A stretch of 64,000 nt of DNA, from assembly GCA_963662275.1 (NCBI GenBank), contig OY759316.1:32001-96000 (forward strand), written 5' to 3'. The stretch comes from Candidatus Cloacimonadales bacterium (GTDB lineage: Bacteria; Cloacimonadota; Cloacimonadia; Cloacimonadales; DAONDQ01). Of the stretch, positions 18,912 through 29,088 are shown one piece after another (the first letter of the stretch is position 1; each line of letters begins with the position of its first letter). The translations under genes were made by a program, and so were the position numbers. The notes under the pieces were generated by a model. It saw only the letters and a program-made list of their open reading frames with translations. It searched no databases and had not been told where the DNA came from.

Positions 18912-21389
18912 TCAGATTACAATATTGACCAGTTTATTCGGAACAATGAATATCTTGCGGATTTCATGTCCTTCAAGCAGCTTTTGAACATTTTCACTTG
19001 TTAATGCCATATTCTCTAATTCCTCATCCGAGATATCCGGGGAAACATTCAATTTACTTCGAATTTTACCATTAATTTGTACAACGTATGTAATGGAATC
19101 CTTCACAAGATATTCTTCCCGGTAACCTGGAACACCGGATTCATGCACAAGGTTCGTATTACCCAGGATTGACCATAACTCCTCTGCAAGATGAGGAGCA
19201 AAAATATATAGCAGCCTGGGAATAACAAAGCATGCTTCCGCATATACAGCTTTTTCTGTATCATTCAGCAAATCAGGTTCCTTGATATCCGTCACATGGT
19301 TCAGATGCTCCATAATGGCAGCTATGGCGGTGTTGAATTGCATCCTGGTCTCAATGTCCTCAATCCATTTTTTGATCATGAAATGAGTGCTATAACGCAA
19401 ATTACGTATTTCCTTGCGCATCTCACCATGTTCAGCCAAAGGTTTGTAGTGTTTCCGAATCAAATCCTGTTGAGTATCTATCAATCGCCAAATACGATTC
19501 AAAAAACGGAAGGAACCAACAACACCGTCATCACTCCACTCCACATCCTTTTCAGGAGGAGAGGCGAAGAGCATGAAAACACGGGCAGTATCTGAACCAA
19601 AGCGATCCAGATAACTCTGGGGATCAACAGCATTTCCCTTTGATTTGGACATCTTAGCACCATCTTTCGTGACCATGCCTTGAGTCAATAGACGGGCAAA
19701 GGGTTCATTGGATTTAACCAATCCAATATCCCGCATAAACTTATGAAAGAATCGGGCATATAACAAATGCATACAGGCATGTTCAATTCCGCCGATGTAT
19801 TGATCAACAGGCAGCCAGTAATTACTTTTATCCGCATCGAAAGGCAGTTTGTCGTTCTTCGGATCAGTATATCGGGCATAATACCAGGAACTATCAACGA
19901 AGGTATCCATGGTATCTGTTTCACGACGCGAAGGAGCACCGCATTTCGGACAAGGAACATTGAACCATTCTGGTACTGAAAGCAATGGATTCTGAGTCGT
20001 CTTACCTACCTGGACATTATCAGGCAGCAATACAGGCAAGTCTTCATCTGGAACAAGCACAATACCGCAGTGTTTACAATAGATCACGGGGATAGGATTC
20101 CCCCAATACCGTTGACGGGATACACCCCAATCACGCAAGCGATAGGTGATAGTGCCTTTTCCCATATCACTTTCCTGGAGCCATTGGGTAATTTCACCTT
20201 TTGCTAGTGTGCTGGGCTGCTGGTTGAATTGAGCAGAATTTACCATATAACCAGGTTCGGTATAGGCATATTTCATCAGTTCCAGGACTAAATCCTTATC
20301 TTCATTCTGAATGACAATCTTCATAGGGATATTGTATTTCAAAGCAAATTCGAAATCTCTCTGGTCATGAGCAGGAACAGCCATGACAGCACCTGTACCA
20401 TAATCCATTAAAACATAATTCGTTATCCATATTTGGACTTTATCCCCATTCACAGGATTGATACAATAATGCCCTGAGAAAATACCTTCTTTAGTAGTAT
20501 CATCAGCAGTTCGATCAATCTTATCTTCATTAATGACCTTATCACAGAATTCATGAAGTTTTTTATTCTCCGGTTCGGCTTCCAACCAGCCCCTTACAAG
20601 TGGATGTTCAGGTGGCAATGCCATGAATGTGACACCAAATATGGTATCCGGACGTGTGGTAAAGACTTTTATGATTTCATCTGTCTCTTCCATTTTAAAG
20701 AATATCTTTGTGCCATAGCTTTTTCCGATCCAGTGTTCCTGCATTAGTTTCACACGTTCAGGCCAATCAATCACATAAGAGAAATCAAGTAATTCTTCAG
20801 CATATTTGGTGATCCGGAAAAACCACTGTTCAAGTTCTTTCTGACGTACAATTTTACCACAACGCCAACAATTGCCGTCTTCCACCTGTTCATTTGCCAG
20901 AACTGTCTGGCATTCATCACACCAGTTCACAAAGGAGATTTTCTTATATGCCAGTCCATTTTCATAGAGCTTTTTGAATAGCCATTGTCCCCACTTGTAA
21001 TAGTCAGGTTTACAGGTAGTAGCATCCCTGTCCCAGTCAATTCCAAAACCGAAATCTTCAAACTGCTTTCGCATTATTTTGATGTTGCTTTCAGTAGTAA
21101 GGCGCGGATGTGAATTATGCTGAATCGCAAAGTTCTCTGCCGGCATTCCGAAAGCATCATATCCCATAGGCTGTAAAACATTATAGCCTTGCATTAATTT
21201 GAACCTGGTGATGGCATCACCGATGGAATAGTTGGAGACATGCCCCATATGTAAGGCACCTGAAGGGTATGGAAACATGGATAATATATAATATTTGGGT
21301 TTATTACTGAAATCCTGAGCGCTGAAAATACGCTTTTCATTCCATATCTGCTGCCATTTCTTTTCGATGACTTCGAAGGGGTATTCCAT
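18912..21389 (-). CDS. leuS: leucine--tRNA ligase
   Basis: MFPYPSGALHMGH (HIGH), FTTRPDT, GTGAVMAVPAHDQRD, KMSKS. Confidence 0.98.
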   Translation of the reverse strand: MEYPFEVIEKKWQQIWNEKRIFSAQDFSNKPKYYILSMFPYPSGALHMGHVSNYSIGDAITRFKLMQGYNVLQPMGYDAFGMPAENFAIQHNSHPRLTTESNIKIMRKQFEDFGFGIDWDRDATTCKPDYYKWGQWLFKKLYENGLAYKKISFVNWCDECQTVLANEQVEDGNCWRCGKIVRQKELEQWFFRITKYAEELLDFSYVIDWPERVKLMQEHWIGKSYGTKIFFKMEETDEIIKVFTTRPDTIFGVTFMALPPEHPLVRGWLEAEPENKKLHEFCDKVINEDKIDRTADDTTKEGIFSGHYCINPVNGDKVQIWITNYVLMDYGTGAVMAVPAHDQRDFEFALKYNIPMKIVIQNEDKDLVLELMKYAYTEPGYMVNSAQFNQQPSTLAKGEITQWLQESDMGKGTITYRLRDWGVSRQRYWGNPIPVIYCKHCGIVLVPDEDLPVLLPDNVQVGKTTQNPLLSVPEWFNVPCPKCGAPSRRETDTMDTFVDSSWYYARYTDPKNDKLPFDADKSNYWLPVDQYIGGIEHACMHLLYARFFHKFMRDIGLVKSNEPFARLLTQGMVTKDGAKMSKSKGNAVDPQSYLDRFGSDTARVFMLFASPPEKDVEWSDDGVVGSFRFLNRIWRLIDTQQDLIRKHYKPLAEHGEMRKEIRNLRYSTHFMIKKWIEDIETRMQFNTAIAAIMEHLNHVTDIKEPDLLNDTEKAVYAEACFVIPRLLYIFAPHLAEELWSILGNTNLVHESGVPGYREEYLVKDSITYVVQINGKIRSKLNVSPDISDEELENMALTSENVQKLLEGHEIRKIFIVPNKLVNIVI

Positions 21390-21471
21390 TTGATCCTCCT
21401 GACTTTTTCATAAGAATGAAATCAAAATGTGAGGGGATTTGAAGTCAAGAAGAAAGAATGTTGACCCCATT

Positions 21472-22119
21472 TTATGGTTCGAATGTGACTCCAGCCTCTT
21501 GGGATTGATGATTCTGAAAATAAGTTGTATAGTAGTAAGTTGTGTAAACTGTCCAATCATTGTCATATACCCAATATTCTGTGGCATTACCGGGTAAAAC
21601 ACCTAACCTGACATTATTATGTGCGTAATTAATATCTTTTTTCACTACGATACTGTCTGCCCAAGGTGCTTGGTTAATCCAATACATACGTATCCAGTGT
21701 GGATTTGAATAATACTGCCAATCCATATTATAGACACACGGGAGATCGAAGTTATACTGAAGCTGTGTTTTCACAGATTCAGCATGTCCTTTGAAGGCGT
21801 AGACATGATAGTAATAAATCTTTCCAAGATCAGCGGTTGTATCAACTACAGTATGAATATTCGGACCAACAACTTGTATACTGTAATGCCATTCTCCATC
21901 CCATATCTTTCGATCGATACGGAAACCTTCTTCGTCAGAGAAGTTCTCATACCAGGAAAGACGTATGGAAGTGGGACTTAGTACTTGGAATCGAACACTA
22001 TCCACAATCCCGCTTGTATAAGAGGTTGTGCTATTGTTATCATCATCCTTATTGAACAAGTTGCACCCGCTCATTATCAATACAAATATAAACAAAAACG
22101 GAAGTAGTAATTTCTGCAT
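21472..22119 (-). CDS. lipoprotein with fibronectin type III-like domains
   Basis: Lipobox IMSG-C; IRLSW..EEGFRIDRK..YYYHVYAF. Confidence 0.7.
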   Translation of the reverse strand: MQKLLLPFLFIFVLIMSGCNLFNKDDDNNSTTSYTSGIVDSVRFQVLSPTSIRLSWYENFSDEEGFRIDRKIWDGEWHYSIQVVGPNIHTVVDTTADLGKIYYYHVYAFKGHAESVKTQLQYNFDLPCVYNMDWQYYSNPHWIRMYWINQAPWADSIVVKKDINYAHNNVRLGVLPGNATEYWVYDNDWTVYTTYYYTTYFQNHQSQEAGVTFEP

Positions 22120-22218
22120 GATTCTTACCTCTTTTCATATTTTATTGTCAGTATATTTATTGTAATAAGCTTCTGGAAGGTCAAGAAATATTTGTAAACA
22201 CAATGTTTCGACTCATCG

Positions 22219-24079
22219 GAGACTGTTCAAAATTAACCTCCATTTTATGCAGCCTTATTGGTACTGACAGAGAAAAAGTGGTCTAAGTGCGACCAGTCCA
22301 CATTTTCTTGACATATCCGAGAGATATTTAAACTGGCTAAAAGCGATTCCTGACGCAGGATTGGTTGTCCTTTATCGACCAGTTCTTTGAACCAAAGCGA
22401 AAACACAAGGTTGCGAGTGGTTTCTTCAGATTTTAGACCAAATCTGCCGGATGTCACTTTCTTGATTTTGCGGTTCCAGCGTTCAGAGACATTGGAAGTC
22501 AAACCTTTGCTGAGGTGTCTCCAATCACTAATGATATTGCTTTTGATGTATTCGGCGGCGGTTGGGGGAGTAATAGCTGTCAGGCTTGAGATACCCTTTT
22601 TCCTTCCGCCCGCCGTTTCTCTTCGGAAAGCTTTCATAATCCTCTTCTTAAAGAACTTGTCTCCCTCTTCAGGGAGATGACATTGACTGATTCTTTTGAA
22701 GAGGTTTCGTATTTTATGGAATTTGCAGAGCTGATAATGGACTTTGGGAAACACGGTTTTTCTGGCAGCCGCTAATGCTTTACTGCCATCACTGACAACC
22801 AGGATAGGATCTTTTCTATAGAGCTGTCTGAAGGTTCTGAAACATGCTTCGAATGATTCTTTCTTTGTGTCAGGATACAACTCACAAAATAGAGGGATGT
22901 GAGTCACAAAATCCACAATACTGATGACATAGTACGGAATACCTTTGATCTTCACATATTTCTCATCAATGCTGATCTTTCCGCTCCACTTACCGATTGA
23001 GTTCAGAATCAGGCTCTGCAAATCACCGATTTCATGCCAGAGATTTGAGACTGTAGCTTTACAGGTGTTGAGCAGCAAAGCTATTGTCTCGAAGTTCATA
23101 CCGCTTCCAACCAGGTAATGCACAAGCAGACACAGGTTCTTGCGTTCCAGACTATGGAATGGCTTTGAATCGGCTATTCTATGCGATGCATTGCCTTTAG
23201 CAGTCTTCATTTGTTCCAGGAGTCTGTCACAGATAACAGGTGTATTTTGCTGACCGGCAAGCAGTTTCAGTAGATGTACAGCATCACTGCCTACTGTCTT
23301 TTTCAGAAGAAGCTTCTGAGCTTGCTTAACCACAGACAGGACATTGATCTGAGAAGCATATTTGCAGAAAGTGGCATACGACATTTGAAAATCATGATGG
23401 CTGATGAACTCCTGATACATTACATTTAAAGGTAAAAGCAGGTTATCGATAACAAAACTCTCGATCTGAGGAATACACTCCAGCAGGTCAACTTTCCGGC
23501 TCAGATACGCCAGAATATCTTTGCCATGTTGCTCAAACTCCTGCCAGAAATTATGCACATTCCTGCGGTCTGCATAGTTAAACAGATTAGCTATTTGCTG
23601 AAATGTGAGAAGATTGCCTCCGTTTATTCCTGTTATTAAGCGGAGGAATACCATTAAAAACTTGTGGTTGGATGTCGTTTCAGGCAAACAAAATGAACAT
23701 GGTACGTTAATACTTACATGGTATTGGTTACTTTCATGACTGACACTTACAGCTTCTTGAATTGGAGTGTTTTTTTGTCATAATATCCTCCCTTTTGTTA
23801 CCAGGTAACAAATGCCATTGAAGCTATAGCAATAAACTTGTAAAGAACTATTTTATATACTTTTAGATACACTTATAGTCAATAGTGGAGTCGAAAAATT
23901 ACTTACTATCGCTTATCTTTTGCTTTTAATCAAAAAGCTTAGCTTGAGAGTTTGGGTTATAGGAGATGCCGATATGTCAATTCTGGAAGTGATATCAAAT
24001 TATGATCGTTTCGACCACTTTTCGCAACTTGATACTTCCTAACTTATTGTATATTATGAATAAATGCCTGAACAGTCTC
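22219..24079 (-). mobile_element. insertion sequence, IS256/ISH6-like, 1861 bp
   Basis: Terminal IR GAGACTGTTCA (22219) / TGAACAGTCTC (ends 24079); 8-bp direct target duplication ACTCATCG at 22211-22218 and 24080-24087. Confidence 0.92.
22245..23781 (-). CDS. DDE transposase; RBS-supported ATG is +1 out of frame at an A7 run (in-frame ORF from TTG 23687)
   Basis: SIDEKYV, VSDG, QLCKFH (CxxH), TSNVSERWN; AAGGGAGG upstream of ATG 23781. Confidence 0.85.
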
Positions 24080-24148
24080 ACTCATCGAGATAAAATATAG
24101 TATACATAATGCATCAAATCAACCCATTTCAATGGTAAAAATCTAACA

Positions 24149-24276
24149 GTAGGGGCTAACGTCCCGGCAGCCTTATATCACGCCCGGAGGTCGTGAACTA
24201 CGGCAGTTGATCCAACGACTGAAGTTGTTGCTATGGAATACCCGTGGGTCTATCCCAAGCCTGAAGGATGAGCTAC
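24149..24276. repeat. degenerate REP-like hairpin mosaic
   Basis: GTAGGGGCTAACG..., ...GAACTAC, CAACGACTGAAGTTGTTGCTAT, ...CTGAAGGATGAGCTAC. Confidence 0.5.
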
Positions 24277-24317
24277 CGAAAAGCAACGCTATTTTCAAAT
24301 AGGATTTGATCTGAAAC

Positions 24318-25400
24318 CTAGTCTCTTGTCTCCAGCTTCTTCTTTTCTAGCCATTCCTTATTAGCCCAGAGTGCACATCCGCCATCCGTTTCCTTTAACA
24401 GTTTATGATCTTGGCGAATGGCTGCCAATAAGGGGGAAGAAAGGGCATCTCTCAAGGAAGTATTTCTCAAATCCCGGTCCGAAAAGGGAGCAAACGGACA
24501 TGGCTCAACTTTGCCTTCCGGATTGATATGCAGAAATCCACGACCCGCTGCCAGGCATCCATCATATTGATCTTCATCACCGGGGAAAGCGACGAACATA
24601 GCAGGCTGATCTTTCATCATTTGATCTACTATCGGCTGAACACTTTTCTTTTGAGATTCCGTAAGAACCATCTCATTGCATTCTGCTTCGATGGGAACAT
24701 ATTCCACGTAAAAGAACAGACGACAGCCTTTATCCATCAATATTTTCGTGTATCCTTGTGAAGTGAGTATTTCGAAATTCCTGCTTGTTAAAGTGAGTGA
24801 AGTTCCCCACAGGATACGGTTTTCATTCAGGGAATCCTTAATTGTACGGAAGTTTTCATAAACACCATCACCACGGCGTTCATTGGTTTCATCTTCACGA
24901 CCTTCCAAGCTAATGACGGGGATAAGATTCGGATGCTTTTTAAAAAAGGCAATATATTCATTATCTATCAGTAAACCATTGGTGAAGATGGGGAACATGA
25001 TATCAGGAAACTTAGCCGCCATTTCCAGCATATCTTTTTGAACAAGAGGTTCTCCACCCGCCAGCAGGATTATGGAGACTCCCAATGATCTTGCTTCTGT
25101 CACGATTTCCTGAAATCGCTGCACATCCATTTCTTTTTGCGTATCACGGTGTAGATGCTTGGAATAACAGCCTGCACAGGAAAGATTGCAGATACTGGTA
25201 ATGCTGATGATTAAAAGCGGAGGAACTTCCAGACCTTCCTTTAAATATTTTTTTCTTAAGCGGGCTGCTTTTTCCTGGTTCTTCAGCATATTCATGAAGA
25301 AAAACAGTTTGGATGGGTCTTTTGTCATGATTTGCACAGCTTTTTTGAATTGCGCTGCAATATTGCTGTCAAATACGTTTCTGTAGGCGTTGGATTGCAT
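24318..25400 (-). CDS. radical SAM/SPASM(Twitch) domain protein
   Basis: CNLSCAGC (CxxxCxxC), GGEP, FTNG, CLAAGRGFLHINPEGKVEPCPF; GGAG before ATG 25400. Confidence 0.9.
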   Translation of the reverse strand: MQSNAYRNVFDSNIAAQFKKAVQIMTKDPSKLFFFMNMLKNQEKAARLRKKYLKEGLEVPPLLIISITSICNLSCAGCYSKHLHRDTQKEMDVQRFQEIVTEARSLGVSIILLAGGEPLVQKDMLEMAAKFPDIMFPIFTNGLLIDNEYIAFFKKHPNLIPVISLEGREDETNERRGDGVYENFRTIKDSLNENRILWGTSLTLTSRNFEILTSQGYTKILMDKGCRLFFYVEYVPIEAECNEMVLTESQKKSVQPIVDQMMKDQPAMFVAFPGDEDQYDGCLAAGRGFLHINPEGKVEPCPFAPFSDRDLRNTSLRDALSSPLLAAIRQDHKLLKETDGGCALWANKEWLEKKKLETRD

Positions 25401-25545
25401 TTTTACTCCATATAAGATCATATTAAGCAAAAAAAATATTATTGAGTAAGATGTCAAGCGGAGAGTAAATGGGAGATCTACTCCTGAAGCTTGGCAGAAT
25501 CAAGGTGGCGACAGTAAATTAATGTAATTAGAAACCCATCTCTCG

Positions 25546-27438
25546 GAGATGTCCCGAAACTAGCATGATTTTATTTTCTTCTGTTGTAAAATATGTGATT
25601 GTTTTTACGGGCAAACTAAATTACTCAATAGTTTCCGAAAAGCGATGCAAAGACAAGGAAAAACGGAGTAATATTTACCTAATTCATGTTTGAATTCTGG
25701 TAGGAAGAGTCTTCATCAGGCTTTTCCTTCAGTATTTTGTAAGTGCAGAAACATTTTCCCTATATTATGTCCTAAAAAGAGGAGGGATAACTGTTCCTTG
25801 CATTTTCTCAATGAACGGACAGTAAATCTCTCAAACTTCCTGTTCCACTTCATGAAAGCAAATACAGCCTCCGGTTCGATGCCTCTTTGCTTTCTCAGCT
25901 TGTCGCCTTTTTCAGAAAGCAGATTATTGACTGTCTGACGTTTTAGTGGAGCTATATGAGGATCGTAGGTCAGCAATTTATGAGTTTTATCCTTGTAGGG
26001 AATACACTTTTTATTGTGAGGACATTCTCTGCAGTCATTACATATATAGGTTTTCACGATTCGTTTCGGACCGTTCTTCTCTGTCTCTTCTTCCTTGATT
26101 TTGACCAGTCTCCGATTAAATTGACAGACCCACTCATCATGCTCCTCATCATAGCTGAAGCCTGTCAGAAGAGAGTCCCGATAATCTCTCTTATAATCCT
26201 GGGTCTTGAGATAGCTTGTTATCTCTTTTTCAGCAGCATAATTCAAATTCAGCGCAGTGCCATAGGCAGCATCTCCAACAACGTCGGTAGGATATTGTCC
26301 CAATTCATCATGCATTTGCTCCATGAGATTGGGAAATTCAACGGTTTCTTTAGGGATATTGAATAAGTGAATGCCTGTGACAAATTGCTCTGAAGTTCCG
26401 ATACTGGCAACATAACCCGGTGCCAGCTGTCCATTTTTCAATCGCATAAATGTGGCATCATTATCAGTCTTGGATGTGCTGCTGCGTCCTTCTCCAATTA
26501 TCTCAAGCTGTTGCTCATATTTCTCCAGCTTAGTTATATCATTGCTCTTTGATTTGGAGATTTCGCGCAAAAGAGATTTGATTTTCTTGATAGCCCGAGT
26601 ATCTGACGGATGATTTTTCTGTAGTCGGGACATTGCTTCTTTCAGCTTGTTTTCTGCTGAGACCAGTCTATCTCTGATCTGTTCAGATGCGACTGTAGCA
26701 GTTTTCTCTGATTCAACCGCATGCAATTGCTCACCAAGCTCAAGAAGATCAGCGGTTCCATATTGCTGTTGCTCTTCCTGATTATATTCCTCGATCTTTT
26801 TAAACAATCCCTCAACTCGTGTCTTGACCAGTTCCTGATAACGAAGCGCATTGCTTTTCCAGATGTAGGAATTCTTGCCGGCATTTGCGTGAATCGTCGT
26901 CCCGTCAACAAAACAGGTGTCGAGATCAAGATATCCTAATGATGATGCTTTCAGTACTACCTGATAAAATACATCAATAAGAATATCAGAACACTTAGTC
27001 CAGGCAAAGGTGTTGATCGTTCTGAAATCAGGTTCCTGTTCTCCTGCCAGCCAGATAAAATTGATGTTCTCCCGAACAGCCTTAGCTATCTTCCGACAGG
27101 TATAAATACCATTGATATAGGCGTATACAATGATCTTCAACATCATCTTGGGATGATAAGCAGGTGTACCTTCATCAGAGTATCTTGTATATAGCTCAGA
27201 TAAGTCCAGTTGCTCAATGATATCGTTAACATAACGAACCATATGTTTGGGGGGTATTTTTTCGCTTATATTAAGCCCGAAAAGAGTACCCTGATCCGGG
27301 TTGTGTTCTCTGAAATTCATAGTGTCTCTCTATACTTAGTTTTTAAAGGCAATAATACACCATAGAACAATATGTCAAGATATATAACTAATTATTTAAT
27401 AGTTGCTATTTTTCTATCATTTAGTTTCGGGACATCTC
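25546..27438 (-). mobile_element. IS1182-family insertion sequence, ~1.9 kb
   Basis: Terminal IR GAGATGTCCCGAAACTA at both ends, flanked by CG on both sides. Confidence 0.9.
25716..27320 (-). CDS. IS1182-family transposase
   Basis: AYHPKMMLKIIVYAY, PDFRTI, FVDGTTIHANA, TDNDATFMRLK, GDAAYG, RKQRGIEPEAVFAFMK. Confidence 0.95.
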   Translation of the reverse strand: MNFREHNPDQGTLFGLNISEKIPPKHMVRYVNDIIEQLDLSELYTRYSDEGTPAYHPKMMLKIIVYAYINGIYTCRKIAKAVRENINFIWLAGEQEPDFRTINTFAWTKCSDILIDVFYQVVLKASSLGYLDLDTCFVDGTTIHANAGKNSYIWKSNALRYQELVKTRVEGLFKKIEEYNQEEQQQYGTADLLELGEQLHAVESEKTATVASEQIRDRLVSAENKLKEAMSRLQKNHPSDTRAIKKIKSLLREISKSKSNDITKLEKYEQQLEIIGEGRSSTSKTDNDATFMRLKNGQLAPGYVASIGTSEQFVTGIHLFNIPKETVEFPNLMEQMHDELGQYPTDVVGDAAYGTALNLNYAAEKEITSYLKTQDYKRDYRDSLLTGFSYDEEHDEWVCQFNRRLVKIKEEETEKNGPKRIVKTYICNDCRECPHNKKCIPYKDKTHKLLTYDPHIAPLKRQTVNNLLSEKGDKLRKQRGIEPEAVFAFMKWNRKFERFTVRSLRKCKEQLSLLFLGHNIGKMFLHLQNTEGKA

Positions 27439-27749
27439 CGTTCTGCCTATAAAGCTCGGGCGTTAGCCCGGCGACAAGAGTGGTAGTGACAGTCTGAGTC
27501 CATCGGGACGACACATCTGAGGGAATCAGATTTTCAAAATAAATCTGGACAATATGCATTCCAAAAATGAATATTAATAACAGATAAGGACTTCTACTAT
27601 ACAACTTAAATCCGACGAATAGCTCTGACTATTTCTTCCAAAATAATCGTAAGTCCAATCCAAGTCCAAACCAGTTTCAGTCCAATGTTTCGAAACAAGA
27701 ATGAAACAGGGTACGATTACTATATCAATACGGTAGAAATACGGTTTTT

Positions 27750-27782
27750 TACCGTAATGCTACCGTAATGCTACCGTAATGC
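27750..27782. repeat. 11-bp tandem repeat TACCGTAATGC x3
   Basis: Exact triple; related inverted TACGGT units at ~27729-27745. Confidence 0.85.
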
Positions 27783-28026
27783 TTTTATGTTGCTTGCTGT
27801 GGATATTAGGAAAGTTGGACTACAAACTTGAATTAACCACAGAAGATTAAATTGGGGGGGAAGTACAATGGAATATTTGAATGTCCATTTGAATAACTAG
27901 AAAACAATTGTCAGCTTCTTCTTACACATTTTGTTTGACAATTCTGTGAGAGCATAAATCATGAAACAGAAGATATGCAAATATAAAAAATTAAACACAT
28001 GGAAAATGTATAGATAAGGAGTAGTT

Positions 28027-29085
28027 ATGAAGATGGGCGGAAATCGTTATGGAACCCACAGAGTCATGGAACCTAAAAATGTATTACCTCAACCTGCAAG
28101 AGTACTTGATAATGACATGAGCGAGATATGGGATAATGAACTCCTGCTCGACGTGATACGCCTTAACGTGGACTCTGCCTCCTTTCATCAGATTAAAGCC
28201 AAATTAGAGAAACAAGGTGCAATTGATTTGGAAGAAGCTTTTGCAAATCATGTAATCGACCTTACTAATCGTACAGGAAAGCACAAAAATGAAGATACCG
28301 GTTCCGGTGGAATGCTCATTGGAAGAGTTTCCCAAATCGGTCCAAATTTTGAAATGAAAGATCAGATAAAAGTTGGAGATACAGTAGCCTCTTTAGTTTC
28401 ATTGTCATTAACTCCTTTGAAGGTTAAAAAAGTCAAGAAAGTCTATTTAGATAAAGATCAAGTTGATATTGATGGTCAGGCAATCCTTTTCAGCAGTGGT
28501 ATTTATGCAAAATTGCCTGAAGATATGGATGAAAACCTGGCTCTCTCAGTCTTAGATGTTGCTGGTGCACCAGCACAGGTTGAAAGATTAGTTAAACCGG
28601 GTGATACCGTTGTCATAATTGGAGCAAATGGAAAATCAGGTGTGCTTTGCAATGCAGTTGCGAAAGAACGGGCAGGCGTAACAGGAAGAGTAATTGGCGT
28701 TGTCCGTAATCGTTCCTATATTGAAACCTGTAAAATGACCGGCTGTCATGATGTGATCATCGCAGATGCCACAGATGCGATTTCAATTCAGAAACAAGTT
28801 GCTGATCTTACGAATGGTAAGATGGCAGATATCGTAATCAATGTCGTCAATATTGAAGATACGGAAATGTCCTCTATTATGGCATGTAAAGATAGAGGCA
28901 TCGTTTATTTCTTTTCGATGGCTACTTCGTTCACCAAGGCAGCCTTGGGAGCAGAAGGAATTGGTACCGACGTGGATATGCTTTTAGGTAATGGATATGC
29001 TCATCATCATGCTGCCATATCATTAGACCTGTTACGTCGTAATCCAGTATTAATGAAGATATTCAAAGAAAGGTATGTGGATTAA
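28027..29085 (+). CDS. kdd: L-erythro-3,5-diaminohexanoate dehydrogenase
   Basis: YGTHRV.EP..LPQPA, TGSGGMLIG, ASLVSLSLTPL, LDVAGAPAQ, FFSMATSFTKAALGAEG; adjacent to kamA. Confidence 0.93.
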   Translation: MKMGGNRYGTHRVMEPKNVLPQPARVLDNDMSEIWDNELLLDVIRLNVDSASFHQIKAKLEKQGAIDLEEAFANHVIDLTNRTGKHKNEDTGSGGMLIGRVSQIGPNFEMKDQIKVGDTVASLVSLSLTPLKVKKVKKVYLDKDQVDIDGQAILFSSGIYAKLPEDMDENLALSVLDVAGAPAQVERLVKPGDTVVIIGANGKSGVLCNAVAKERAGVTGRVIGVVRNRSYIETCKMTGCHDVIIADATDAISIQKQVADLTNGKMADIVINVVNIEDTEMSSIMACKDRGIVYFFSMATSFTKAALGAEGIGTDVDMLLGNGYAHHHAAISLDLLRRNPVLMKIFKERYVD

Positions 29086-29088
29086 TTG

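Noticed and set aside
22219..27438. Composite transposon carrying the radical SAM gene
   Set aside because: The two IS elements belong to different families and the first has its own complete target duplication, indicating independent insertions
27790..28026. Lysine riboswitch upstream of kdd-kamA
   Set aside because: No recognisable L-box consensus or expression-platform hairpin; a covariance-model search would be needed to exclude it fully
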